The notes beneath the pieces are model-generated. The model was not told the origin of the DNA, made no database searches, and saw nothing but the letters and a program-made list of their open reading frames with translations. Shown one piece after another: positions 19,290 through 27,919 of a stretch of 64,000 nucleotides of DNA. This stretch comes from a virus, in IMG/VR virus record IMGVR_UViG_3300045988_087221; one strand, given 5' to 3'. Position 1 is the first letter of the stretch; each line of letters starts with the position of its first letter. A program made the translations under genes and the position numbers.

Positions 19290-19895
19290 TTATACAACCT
19301 TAATAGCGTCAAAATTAGTATTGGCTAAATCTCCATTACGAAGAGCTTCTAATTCATCCCATCTATGATCTATTACAAAGTTACACAAACTTACACAGAG
19401 AATATTATTCTCTCGAGCCCATTTAACTAATTCAATAATATGGTCATGAGTTTCCTGTTTCCACCTAATAGTCTTTCCATAGAAGCGATAAAAGTCTTCT
19501 AGACTATCAAACTTCTTAGAAACACTACGTATACCAACTGGATTCCCATTGATGAAACCGAATTGAGGATATTCTTCAAACAGTTCTTTACCTAATTCAA
19601 AAGAACACTTATAAAAGTCTTTTACAAGATTTCTATTAATAGGAATACTAAATAAATCTAATCGTTCACCTTTTTTAGGTAACTTATAAGACTTTAATAT
19701 TACTCCTACCTCTTGTAATCTAATTAATTGTTCCAATAGGCTTCCCTTTGCCTCTGATTGAAAATAAAGCTGGACAAGTTCTGCATCGTCACCCTCTTGA
19801 GCGATGAGAATAATTTCTAGCAACAATAATTGATTTGCATCAATTTTATATTTTTCACAAAATACAAGCTGCTGTTTAAGTTCTAAATTCTTCAC
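19290..19895 (-). CDS. hypothetical protein (possible replication organiser, position only)
   Basis: Track ORF immediately upstream of the helicase. No motif recognised. Confidence 0.5.
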   Translation of the reverse strand: MKNLELKQQLVFCEKYKIDANQLLLLEIILIAQEGDDAELVQLYFQSEAKGSLLEQLIRLQEVGVILKSYKLPKKGERLDLFSIPINRNLVKDFYKCSFELGKELFEEYPQFGFINGNPVGIRSVSKKFDSLEDFYRFYGKTIRWKQETHDHIIELVKWARENNILCVSLCNFVIDHRWDELEALRNGDLANTNFDAIKVV

Positions 19896-19984
19896 GTATA
19901 ATTAACATATTTAGCTAGTTAACACTAGACTTGTAATACTTGTTATAGCTTTAGAGTCTAGTTACGTGAATATTATAGACTTAT

Positions 19985-20170
19985 CTATTCAGTGGTTTCT
20001 TCAGCCACTGGATCCATTTCAAAATCTGGTTCGAATACCACCTCTTTAGTGTATTCTAATTCCTTTACTTTCTTCTGAAGCTTTTCAATCTGCTTCTTCA
20101 AACGCTTATTCTCACTAGTAAGAGCATTTTTCATTTGATTATACTCTCGCTTTGTGTAATACATTTCCAT
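19985..20170 (-). CDS. hypothetical coiled-coil protein
   Basis: The track ORF 19985..20248 overlaps the helicase gene. An internal ATG (MEMYYTKREYNQ...) at 20168-20170 lies 11 nt after the helicase stop. Confidence 0.45.
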   Translation of the reverse strand: MEMYYTKREYNQMKNALTSENKRLKKQIEKLQKKVKELEYTKEVVFEPDFEMDPVAEETTE

Positions 20171-20180
20171 TTCTAATGTC

Positions 20181-21455
20181 TTAAAACCTAAATGTAAAAT
20201 TCTTAATCTTCCTTTTATAAAGCTCGTATGGTTCCCCTTTAAGGACATGCATTAAATTCTCTACATCAATAATTTCAATCTGAGAATCCTTCTTGGCATT
20301 TTGCATCCATTTAGTTTCTACAGTATCATTAATTACTAATGTAAAAAACTCAGCACCAAGTTTACCCTTCGCCAATCGTACTACTCTTCCAAGAGACTGC
20401 ACCGCTTTAGTTTTACTACTATCTATACCAGTTTGTATACCTACTGATAAATCGGGTACATCCAAGCCTTCAATTGCCATTTTACAACTGTTTAGCACTC
20501 CACTTGGCATTTTAGAAAACTCTTCTAGGGTTATTCTATTTTTCTTTTTACCTTCTTTACCGGTATAAACATATCCCTCTTTATAAGCTTCAGCCATAGC
20601 TGTATTGGCATTAAAAGTGACAATTTTCTTATCGCTTCTATACTTAATTATCTCTTTAGCTATTCTTATTTTCTCAGGATGATTCTGTACAAACTTCTTT
20701 CTAGATTGCATAGTTTTCATAAAACCCATAGCATGAAATGTAACAGATTTTAAATAGTCTTTTTGCATAGCATAATCATCAGGATAGGTATCCTTACAAT
20801 ATTGCCATCTATTAGTAAAACCATTTTTACCTGTCATAGACATAACCTTGTTGAAGTCCCATTGAAAGAATTCAAAGTGTTCATTAAATTCTTTATTATA
20901 TTTCTGATAAACATCAATATCAGGGACATCAATAACAACTACAAAGTCTTTATATTTAGCTACCCATCCATTAAAGAGGGCATCCTCCATAGTTATAGTG
21001 TCTACAACTGGAGCATATTTAGCTAAAATTTCATGTCTTCCATCCAGTCTTTCGAAAGTAGCAGTTAAACCAAGTATCAATTTAAACTTAGTATTTGTAA
21101 GAACATTACTAAGAACTTCACTATTGATTTTATGGGCTTCATCGATAATTAGTAAATCACAAGACCATTCCTTTTTAGATGCTCCCATCATTACTCTTAC
21201 ATCAGTATTAAATCCCAAACCTCTCTCATCAAGTTCTTTAGACCATTGTTCTTTTAAGTTATCGAAAGGTACTACCACTAGTACTGACATTGTAGGATAC
21301 TTTGATCGTAATTTAGTTATAGCATTTATAGCTACCCTAGTCTTGCCGAATCCCGTACATCCTACAATAGTTCCGTGTCCTTTAGCTTTAATCCAAGCTT
21401 TAAGTGCTTGAGCCTGTCTTTCATCTCGAGAAACAGGCTCAAATAAATCGTGCAT
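20181..21455 (-). CDS. superfamily II DNA helicase (DEAH/SNF2-like)
   Basis: GCTGFGKTRVA (Walker A), LLIIDEAHK (DEAH box) and SLGRVVRL (motif VI-like). The track start is GTG; the first ATG (MHDLFEP) is at 21453-21455. Confidence 0.8.
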   Translation of the reverse strand: MHDLFEPVSRDERQAQALKAWIKAKGHGTIVGCTGFGKTRVAINAITKLRSKYPTMSVLVVVPFDNLKEQWSKELDERGLGFNTDVRVMMGASKKEWSCDLLIIDEAHKINSEVLSNVLTNTKFKLILGLTATFERLDGRHEILAKYAPVVDTITMEDALFNGWVAKYKDFVVVIDVPDIDVYQKYNKEFNEHFEFFQWDFNKVMSMTGKNGFTNRWQYCKDTYPDDYAMQKDYLKSVTFHAMGFMKTMQSRKKFVQNHPEKIRIAKEIIKYRSDKKIVTFNANTAMAEAYKEGYVYTGKEGKKKNRITLEEFSKMPSGVLNSCKMAIEGLDVPDLSVGIQTGIDSSKTKAVQSLGRVVRLAKGKLGAEFFTLVINDTVETKWMQNAKKDSQIEIIDVENLMHVLKGEPYELYKRKIKNFTFRF

Positions 21456-21497
21456 TACTGGCACTTATGACAATATTTTCACTAGTATGCTAACTTA

Positions 21498-22367
21498 TTA
21501 CAAGTCAGCACGTGTTACATCCCAACCTTTATCTGCAGCAACTTTATTAATTTCATCTATCTTAGTAAGCCATTGCTTAGCCTGCTCTTCACACTGAATC
21601 TGGAAACGATACAGAATTTTATTAGAAAGTAATTTAAGTTGCTCACTAGTTAAGTTAGAATATTTATCTCTCTGCAGCATATAGATTGCCTTAAACTCAG
21701 TATAAGACAAACCTGTATCACAAATACGTAAATACTGATTAGGTCTCAAACTAATTCTAAGTTCTTCCTTAACTACATCAAAACGATTTCTAGCCTTACC
21801 AGTTTCAGGGTCTTTACGATACAAATCCTTTTGCATCTCACGTGGTGTAAACCACAGACCCATTTTAAGAATAAAGTTAAGTGTAATATGGCTATTATCA
21901 AAAATTCCCAAAAGGTCAAGACAAGCATCCATTACCAATTTAACAGGCACTTGCTGATAGTCGATAGGAAGACCATCCATTACCTTACTAATAGGGAATG
22001 ATTTAATTGCCTCTGGGGTTAGTGTATCTTTATTGTTACTGATTAACTTTCGTAAATCTTCCAAACATCTTGTGTTAGAATACTGCTTCTCAGCCATAAG
22101 CCATCTTATAAGAAGTTCTGCTCTACAACGACTAATTTGATCCTGTACAATCTCAAGTAAGGTAACTCTTCCTGGATTTTTAGAATCCTCATTATAAAGC
22201 ATTTGCTGACAATGACGATACCACTTTTTAAGTTGATCAAAGGAAGCATCAATCATTAAGATTTCTTGCTGCTCTCCATTAACCTTTGGACCCTTCCATA
22301 CATAAGTAGTAATATCACTTGCCTTTTTACTCATAGCTGCCTGAAGCTTATCTCCTAATACTGTCAT
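21498..22367 (-). CDS. hypothetical protein
   Basis: Track ORF with an intergenic region upstream. No motif recognised. Confidence 0.55.
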   Translation of the reverse strand: MTVLGDKLQAAMSKKASDITTYVWKGPKVNGEQQEILMIDASFDQLKKWYRHCQQMLYNEDSKNPGRVTLLEIVQDQISRCRAELLIRWLMAEKQYSNTRCLEDLRKLISNNKDTLTPEAIKSFPISKVMDGLPIDYQQVPVKLVMDACLDLLGIFDNSHITLNFILKMGLWFTPREMQKDLYRKDPETGKARNRFDVVKEELRISLRPNQYLRICDTGLSYTEFKAIYMLQRDKYSNLTSEQLKLLSNKILYRFQIQCEEQAKQWLTKIDEINKVAADKGWDVTRADL

Positions 22368-22427
22368 ATAATTAAATTCAAATAATGTTTCATAGTAATC
22401 TAATAATTAATAATCTACAATATAAAT

Positions 22428-22745
22428 TTAATCTAAAATAATTTCACTTATATCAACTTTAGGTTTATCCTCAATAAACTTGAGAAATATGACATTAGTA
22501 TATTTATAAGGTATTAGGTTCTGACCATCAAACCATGTATCTTTTCCTCCTTCTACATATCTTATATTTAAATATCCAATTTCATCAATTTCGATACTTT
22601 TTTGCTCCCAATTAGGAAATCGAACACACATTATATATCTAAAGTCTTCATCCTTAGGATTTAAATCTTCAAATACATAATTAGTATATCCCATTCCGTC
22701 TATTTGTTCCGCAACTAGTTTAGCATGAATTGTTATTTGCTCCAT
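22428..22745 (-). CDS. hypothetical protein
   Basis: Track ORF. No motif recognised. Confidence 0.5.
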   Translation of the reverse strand: MEQITIHAKLVAEQIDGMGYTNYVFEDLNPKDEDFRYIMCVRFPNWEQKSIEIDEIGYLNIRYVEGGKDTWFDGQNLIPYKYTNVIFLKFIEDKPKVDISEIILD

Positions 22746-22918
22746 TAATGAAACACATTCATATCATCAAAGTGCTTACATCCATATTTAGCAAAATCGC
22801 TATATAACTTATCCATATTAGCTATACATGGATATTTTAAACATCTTTTACAACTTCTTTCTGGATGTTTATAAGTTAATCCATTTGGATCTTTATAGTT
22901 TACTTTACTAACAGGCAT
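22745..22918 (-). CDS. hypothetical small Cys-rich protein (57 aa)
   Basis: Own translation MPVSKVNYKDPNGLTYKHPERSCKRCLKYPCIANMDKLYSDFAKYGCKHFDDMNVFH. Its stop overlaps the next ATG (TAATG). Confidence 0.3.
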   Translation of the reverse strand: MPVSKVNYKDPNGLTYKHPERSCKRCLKYPCIANMDKLYSDFAKYGCKHFDDMNVFH

Positions 22919-23268
22919 GCAAGAATGATATTTAATATTATACTAATCTTAGTTACAACTTTATATTTTTTGTGTGAACTTTGTAATTGTGTTATTCTAA
23001 TGCTATCCTTTTTAATAATAGCGTTATATTGCTTTTCATTAATTCTTCTTATAGAATCAGTATGTAACCAAGATTTATTTATCTTTTCTAGTGTTTCAAT
23101 CTTCTTATTCAACAATGGAACTTCTTTTGTATATTTCTCATGCTCTAGAAATATAAGATTAGTTGTTTTCAGTTGTTCCGGAGTTATTGTAATGGTTGAT
23201 GTAGTTTGTGAAAAACTGTATGTCGGCAGAAGTATCATTAGACATAATAATAGCTTTCTTATCTTCAT
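22900..23268 (-). CDS. membrane/secreted protein (N-terminal signal-like segment, coiled coil, C-terminal TM)
   Basis: Begins MKIRKLLLCLMILLPTYSFSQ and ends ISIILNIILACLLVK. ATG start. Overlaps the upstream gene by 110 nt in another frame. Confidence 0.45.
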   Translation of the reverse strand: MKIRKLLLCLMILLPTYSFSQTTSTITITPEQLKTTNLIFLEHEKYTKEVPLLNKKIETLEKINKSWLHTDSIRRINEKQYNAIIKKDSIRITQLQSSHKKYKVVTKISIILNIILACLLVK

Positions 23269-23476
23269 ACGTCTCTCTTATTTTTACTATTTTAATTGTT
23301 AAGGAATCCTTAGTGTGATTTAGAGTATCCCTAACTAAAGAATCTCTAATTATTTCTTTATTAGAAGGGACACTCTGTATATTATTATTTAATTGTTCTA
23401 TACGTACAATTATAAATAAAATTCCTACAATTATAAATAGTTTAATCAACCAACTTAGAACCGTTTTCAATTGCAT
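23159..23476 (-). CDS. membrane protein (single N-terminal TM)
   Basis: Begins MQLKTVLSWLIKLFIIVGILFIIV, followed by a polar domain. ATG start. Confidence 0.45.
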   Translation of the reverse strand: MQLKTVLSWLIKLFIIVGILFIIVRIEQLNNNIQSVPSNKEIIRDSLVRDTLNHTKDSLTIKIVKIRETYEDKKAIIMSNDTSADIQFFTNYINHYNNSGTTENN

Positions 23477-23996
23477 CTACTAGGGTCTTTGTCTTATCAA
23501 TAACTCCCTGCACATCTACCCCTCTAGACATTAAGGTTAATATCGCTTGTTCTGCAGGAGAGGCACTCTGAATGTATTCTTTCTCCTTCTGAATCTGCTC
23601 ATACTTAGCCTTATTAGCATTGTAATCCTTAATAACTATCTCAGGATTCTTGATAAAGTGATTAATTTTCTCAGTCAGAAGTGCATCAATACACTCTTTA
23701 GTAATTACACCACCTTTACCAATAAACCAACAAGGATCTCCTGCAAGAGCTTTCTTATAAGCTTGTTCCTTACCAAAAGTGAGATTGAACTCATCTTCTG
23801 GATTGTATACTGCAATGCCGATAGATATAGCTCGTACAATCTCGAAAGAATCCTCAACACCTGGAATATTCCAAGTTGCAGTAAGACCTTCCTTCACTGG
23901 CATACTTACAGCACAAGCAACTACCAATCTTTCAACACCCTTAAAGTCAACAAACTGACCAAGCTTATAACTAGCAATTTCTTTCTTCATTTTCAT
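23442..23996 (-). CDS. hypothetical protein
   Basis: Track ORF. No motif recognised. Confidence 0.55.
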   Translation of the reverse strand: MKMKKEIASYKLGQFVDFKGVERLVVACAVSMPVKEGLTATWNIPGVEDSFEIVRAISIGIAVYNPEDEFNLTFGKEQAYKKALAGDPCWFIGKGGVITKECIDALLTEKINHFIKNPEIVIKDYNANKAKYEQIQKEKEYIQSASPAEQAILTLMSRGVDVQGVIDKTKTLVDAIENGSKLVD

Positions 23997-24271
23997 TTAC
24001 TATTAATTAGTGTATAACCCTCTTTAATTAAGTAGGATTCTGGAGCAAATTCCAGAGTTAAAAATCTAATAAAATACTCATCTGCTTTTTTCTTCCTATT
24101 TATAAAGTCTTTCTTTTTAAGTTTCAAAGGTTTATTAGTACTATATTGTTTTTCTTCAAATAAAGAAATCCCACCTTTAAATACCTTATAGATAGAATCT
24201 TCATAAATAAAAGAATTATGTGTTTGAACTATCTGACCTTCCTTCTCGTAAATCGCTACTGAAGTTGTCAT
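23993..24271 (-). CDS. hypothetical protein
   Basis: Track ORF with ATG start. Overlaps the upstream gene by 56 nt. Confidence 0.45.
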   Translation of the reverse strand: MTTSVAIYEKEGQIVQTHNSFIYEDSIYKVFKGGISLFEEKQYSTNKPLKLKKKDFINRKKKADEYFIRFLTLEFAPESYLIKEGYTLINSK

Positions 24272-24725
24272 ATATTAAATTAATTATATATTTAATAAAC
24301 TTATTTTTAGCAATTTCATAAAAAGAGTTCCAAATATTATTAGTATAGAAGTTGTATATATCTTGTGAAGTGACATTACTATAATGAAAATATTCTTCAT
24401 CACTATATTCACCTACATTAATTTTATATGTATCCTTAATAGGTTTAGCCTCTAGACATATATGATATACTGAATCATTTAAGTCTTCAAAATCATCAGG
24501 ATAGCCATCATCTTCATAGCAAGGTTCTGAAACTAATACTTCAAATGGAATATCTTCTCTTTCAAGTATTTCTGCTATTACATAGGCTATATAACAACAA
24601 CCACCAGAGTTTGTATGATATATTGTATTCAAACAATCACACAAACTATTTATTTTATTAAATAGGTCTGAATAATTATCTTCCGACTTCTTTATAGATC
24701 TCCTCTTGAATTTGCTTGAAAACAT
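24216..24725 (-). CDS. hypothetical protein (possible Cys/His hydrolase, very tentative)
   Basis: Track ORF. SGGCCYIAYV ... SVYHICLE could form a Cys-His pair, but no family was recognised. Confidence 0.45.
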   Translation of the reverse strand: MFSSKFKRRSIKKSEDNYSDLFNKINSLCDCLNTIYHTNSGGCCYIAYVIAEILEREDIPFEVLVSEPCYEDDGYPDDFEDLNDSVYHICLEAKPIKDTYKINVGEYSDEEYFHYSNVTSQDIYNFYTNNIWNSFYEIAKNKFIKYIINLIYDNFSSDLREGRSDSSNT

Positions 24726-24951
24726 TTAAATATTCTTTCAAGGTCGTAATCTCATCTTTTCCATATTTGCTATTAATAGCATATCTAATTATTCTACCAA
24801 TAGCAGAATCTAAAGGCATACCATAGCCCTCTAATTGAAATTCTTCTCTGGGATTGGTTTTACTATTCACTTTTCTAAGCAAATACAAATCCCATAATGG
24901 AGAATTATCATTTATTGGTTCAATTCGATAAAAATTACCTTGAATTATCAT
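24676..24951 (-). CDS. hypothetical protein
   Basis: Track ORF with ATG start. Confidence 0.45.
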   Translation of the reverse strand: MIIQGNFYRIEPINDNSPLWDLYLLRKVNSKTNPREEFQLEGYGMPLDSAIGRIIRYAINSKYGKDEITTLKEYLNVFKQIQEEIYKEVGR

Positions 24952-25206
24952 TTAAATATCGCGATTAAGCATTTTGAAGAATTTGGAAACTGGATTAGAA
25001 CCTGCTAAATTAGAACCATCATGACACCAAATAGTTAATAATACACCAAATACTATTACTTCTATGATGTTAAGTACAGGAACAAATAACAGTAGTAATG
25101 CTATTATAAATACGTAGAGAGGAATCCCTACCTTTGGCTTTAAATCTATGACAAGCATAAATTCAATAGCTGCCACAACTAAACAGAATATAAATAAACC
25201 AAACAT
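24952..25206 (-). CDS. small integral membrane protein
   Basis: Two to three hydrophobic helices (FGLFIFCLVVAAIEFMLV, IPLYVFIIALLLLFVPVL, VIVFGVLLTIW). Confidence 0.5.
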   Translation of the reverse strand: MFGLFIFCLVVAAIEFMLVIDLKPKVGIPLYVFIIALLLLFVPVLNIIEVIVFGVLLTIWCHDGSNLAGSNPVSKFFKMLNRDI

Positions 25207-25212
25207 AATAAA

Positions 25213-25992
25213 TTAATTATCAAGTCCTACTAATGTTGATGAGTTACCTGTAACCTTAGGAAGATGTCCGTCCCAAGCTTCAATCCACTGCTTCTTAACA
25301 AGCAATGGTGTAAGAGAAGCATTTACAATGGCATTAGCTTTAGCTTCTGCTTCAGCTACTACAATCTTCTTCTTTGCCTCTGCTTCAGCTACTTGTACTT
25401 CATTAGCTGCTTTCTGTGCTAACTGAATAGCTCTATTCTTAGCATCTACAGCTTCTACAATAGTCTTAGGATATTGCAAACCACTAGTAAACTGGTCAAG
25501 TACAAATCCTTCCTTGTCAAGAAGTTTAGAAAGACGCTTCTCAATCGCTTGTTCTACAGCTTCACGATTTGACACAATCTGGTCTGTAGTAAATTTATTA
25601 ATCTCAATGCGGCAAGCATCCTTTACATACTTAAATACAGGACCATTAATCACATCAGTTAATTCTTTGCGATACTTACGAAATACTTTTGGAGCAGCAC
25701 CATCCTTAACTTTAAGATTGACATTTGGATCAACTTTAAATTCGGAACCGTCCTTAGCATTAATTGTAAATGGTTCATAATCAATAGTCTGAACGTAAGT
25801 AGGATACTCATATACTTCTTGAGTAGCTGGATTATAGAATACTCGTCCAGTTACCATAGATACATCATCTACACCTCTTTCAGAGCCATAGAGATTAACT
25901 AAGATACCTTCACAACCAGCATCAATACGTTCACAACTAGTAAAGCTTAATGATAACATTAAAGCACTCGCAAATAAAAAGACTTTTCTCAT
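25213..25992 (-). CDS. SPFH/band-7 (prohibitin/stomatin-like) lipoprotein
   Basis: Lipoprotein signal MRKVFLFASALMLSLSFTSC. SPFH-like core, then an Ala/Glu/Lys coiled coil (AANEVQVAEAEAKKKIVVAEAEAKANAI) typical of the family. Confidence 0.75.
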   Translation of the reverse strand: MRKVFLFASALMLSLSFTSCERIDAGCEGILVNLYGSERGVDDVSMVTGRVFYNPATQEVYEYPTYVQTIDYEPFTINAKDGSEFKVDPNVNLKVKDGAAPKVFRKYRKELTDVINGPVFKYVKDACRIEINKFTTDQIVSNREAVEQAIEKRLSKLLDKEGFVLDQFTSGLQYPKTIVEAVDAKNRAIQLAQKAANEVQVAEAEAKKKIVVAEAEAKANAIVNASLTPLLVKKQWIEAWDGHLPKVTGNSSTLVGLDN

Positions 25993-26216
25993 TTAAATAA
26001 ACTTTTTAATTTATCAACACTTTCAACAACTAAGGTAACTACTAACACAGCCATAGTTGCTAATATTAGCATACCCATAATGCAACAAAATGTACTCTCA
26101 CTACTAATTAAGTAAGTACACATACTTATTAAGTATATCATAGCTATAAAACCAATGACATATTTAATAACTTTAAAAACCAATTTATACTTTCTCAAGA
26201 ATTTTGGGGTTTCCAT
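25989..26216 (-). CDS. small integral membrane protein
   Basis: Two TM helices. ATGA overlap with the SPFH gene. Confidence 0.5.
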   Translation of the reverse strand: METPKFLRKYKLVFKVIKYVIGFIAMIYLISMCTYLISSESTFCCIMGMLILATMAVLVVTLVVESVDKLKSLFK

Positions 26217-26480
26217 AAAATATAATGTTTTCTTTCAGTAAACCAATTATACCAAATAATTATCTTATCTTGTTGTATGTCTATATAAGGATTTAGTAAT
26301 ATAAGACATACTAGAACAATAATTAAGATAATCATCGAGTCTTTACTGAACCTGGTTTAGTTGTTGCCTTCTGTACTGAAGCTGGTAATTTTGACCACCA
26401 ATTCTGCTTCATCTGTAACCACTCACGCTTATGCTTTGCTTTCATTTTCAAATTAATTAGAATATTTAATTGTAATCTAA

Positions 26481-26900
26481 CTAATCTGCAAAATGACTAG
26501 CTTCCACAGCCAATCTATCTGCTAGATTATTATATTCATCTATGTTATGTCCTTTTGTCCATTCAAATTTTATATCTGAACAAAATTCTTTAGCTCTATT
26601 ATATACCTTGTCAAATAGCTGCCAATAATTCTGATTCTTCTTGCGCTTCCATCCTTTATTGATACATCCTAGAACGTATTGTGAATCAGATACCACAGTA
26701 ATGGAATCAAAGTTTGTACTAATGGCATGTAAAGCATAAATAACAGCCATTATCTCCATTTGATTATTAGTTACATTTTTGAAGTGTTTATTAAATTGAT
26801 AAATTACTTCATTATCTTTAATAAATACAACTCCAACACCTCCATTACCTGTAGACACTTGACAAGCTCCATCTGTATATATGGTTAATAATTTCCCCAT
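26481..26900 (-). CDS. rnhA: ribonuclease HI
   Basis: IYTDGAC, NNQMEIMAVIYAL, VSDSQYV and WTKGH...NNLADRLA give the DEDD pattern in order. Confidence 0.85.
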   Translation of the reverse strand: MGKLLTIYTDGACQVSTGNGGVGVVFIKDNEVIYQFNKHFKNVTNNQMEIMAVIYALHAISTNFDSITVVSDSQYVLGCINKGWKRKKNQNYWQLFDKVYNRAKEFCSDIKFEWTKGHNIDEYNNLADRLAVEASHFAD

Positions 26901-27268
26901 GATTCTACTACGAAGTCAAGAGTTAAATTACCATATAAATAAGTTACTTTAAATGGACCTGAGGCTATACCCTGATAATTACTTTTAGGGTTTTTATGTA
27001 CTTCTTTAATTACATCATCTAGTAATTTTTCTGCACAGCAATACAAATCGTAAACATTGGGTACCCTGAGTTCATGCTTTGTAAGTATTTTCCAAGGTTC
27101 ATATCCAATGATTTCTGGCTCCTCTTCATTCTTATAGATAGGCAAACATGGAGAAGCCATAATCATAGCTACTTGTTCAAAATGAAAATTACTCAGAATA
27201 TCCTTTTTTTGGTCTTCTAAGCTACCTCTGTAGGCATCTTCCGAATTAATTACTTTTGGTTCTAACAT
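26885..27268 (-). CDS. hypothetical protein
   Basis: Track ORF. No motif recognised. Confidence 0.5.
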   Translation of the reverse strand: MLEPKVINSEDAYRGSLEDQKKDILSNFHFEQVAMIMASPCLPIYKNEEEPEIIGYEPWKILTKHELRVPNVYDLYCCAEKLLDDVIKEVHKNPKSNYQGIASGPFKVTYLYGNLTLDFVVESWGNY

Positions 27269-27269
27269 A

Positions 27270-27304
27270 AATAAATAAAAAGAGCTACCCCTTTCAGAGT
27301 AGCT
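27270..27304 (-). terminator. rho-independent terminator
   Basis: Minus strand reads AGCTAC-TCTGAAAGGG-GTAGCT followed by CTTTTTATTTATTT. The stem overlaps the stop of the lipoprotein gene. Confidence 0.55.
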
Positions 27305-27492
27305 TAATCAGGACACACCATAGAAAATGATGTGCTATCTACAGAATTTACAGTATCAACTTTAACAGAATCTACTGTATCACAAGTATCGACAAATGTA
27401 GAATCTACACTGCCTGTTGTCCTAGAACAACCATTACCACAACTTGAACAGAGGGCAATGATTGCGAAAGCAAAAACAAATAATTTCTTCAT
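27304..27492 (-). CDS. small lipoprotein with V-D-S/T repeats
   Basis: An internal ATG gives MKKLFVFAFAIIALCSSCGNGC... (lipobox). The track N-terminal extension runs through a strong terminator hairpin and is rejected. Confidence 0.5.
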   Translation of the reverse strand: MKKLFVFAFAIIALCSSCGNGCSRTTGSVDSTFVDTCDTVDSVKVDTVNSVDSTSFSMVCPD

Positions 27493-27507
27493 AATTAAAT
27501 AAATTAA

Positions 27508-27541
27508 ATTAAATAATAAAGGGTGGAGAGTTTCTCCACCC
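27508..27541 (-). terminator. rho-independent terminator (strong, GC-rich)
   Basis: Minus strand reads GGGTGGAGA-AAC-TCTCCACCC followed by TTTATTATTT. 9-bp GC-rich stem in an AT-rich genome. Confidence 0.75.
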
Positions 27542-27721
27542 CTTGATTGTAGGAAATCAACCTCCCGATTTCTCATCTTGAAAAGTATAGGAATTAAAAG
27601 TCACTATAATCTTAATTATAGAAGCACCTACAGTTTAAAGAAACATAGGACAAACTAAAGAATATCATAAGGATTAGCAGCATAGACTTAGAATGTGTCT
27701 TAGCTTTAGACTCGTTCCCAC

Positions 27722-27742
27722 GACTTAGACTTAGACTTAGAC
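27722..27742. repeat. tandem hexamer GACTTA x3.5
   Basis: gacttagacttagacttagac read directly. Related copies are agacttag at 27684-27691 and gtcttag/tttagac at 27697-27711. Confidence 0.85.
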
Positions 27743-27919
27743 CAAGTAACACCGCATAACATTTTTAGCCCTATTATGTTTTAGGTGATACTTATAAATA
27801 AAAATATGTGTGGAAACGACCATTAAACATACCTAATATGTGGTATTGCGACAATCCCGCAACAAATTATATTATTCCTGTAATATATTTAATGCTAATC
27901 CTTAATCTATTCTTATTAA

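Noticed and set aside
27493-27576. N-terminal extension of the lipoprotein ORF (MRNREVDFLQSRGGETLHPLL...)
   Set aside because: The extension reads straight through the GGGTGGAGA/TCTCCACCC terminator hairpin. The internal ATG gives a clean lipoprotein signal peptide.
27684-27742. GACTTA repeats as a CRISPR array
   Set aside because: The units are 6 nt and directly abutting, with no spacers. No CRISPR-like repeat-spacer periodicity was seen anywhere in the window.
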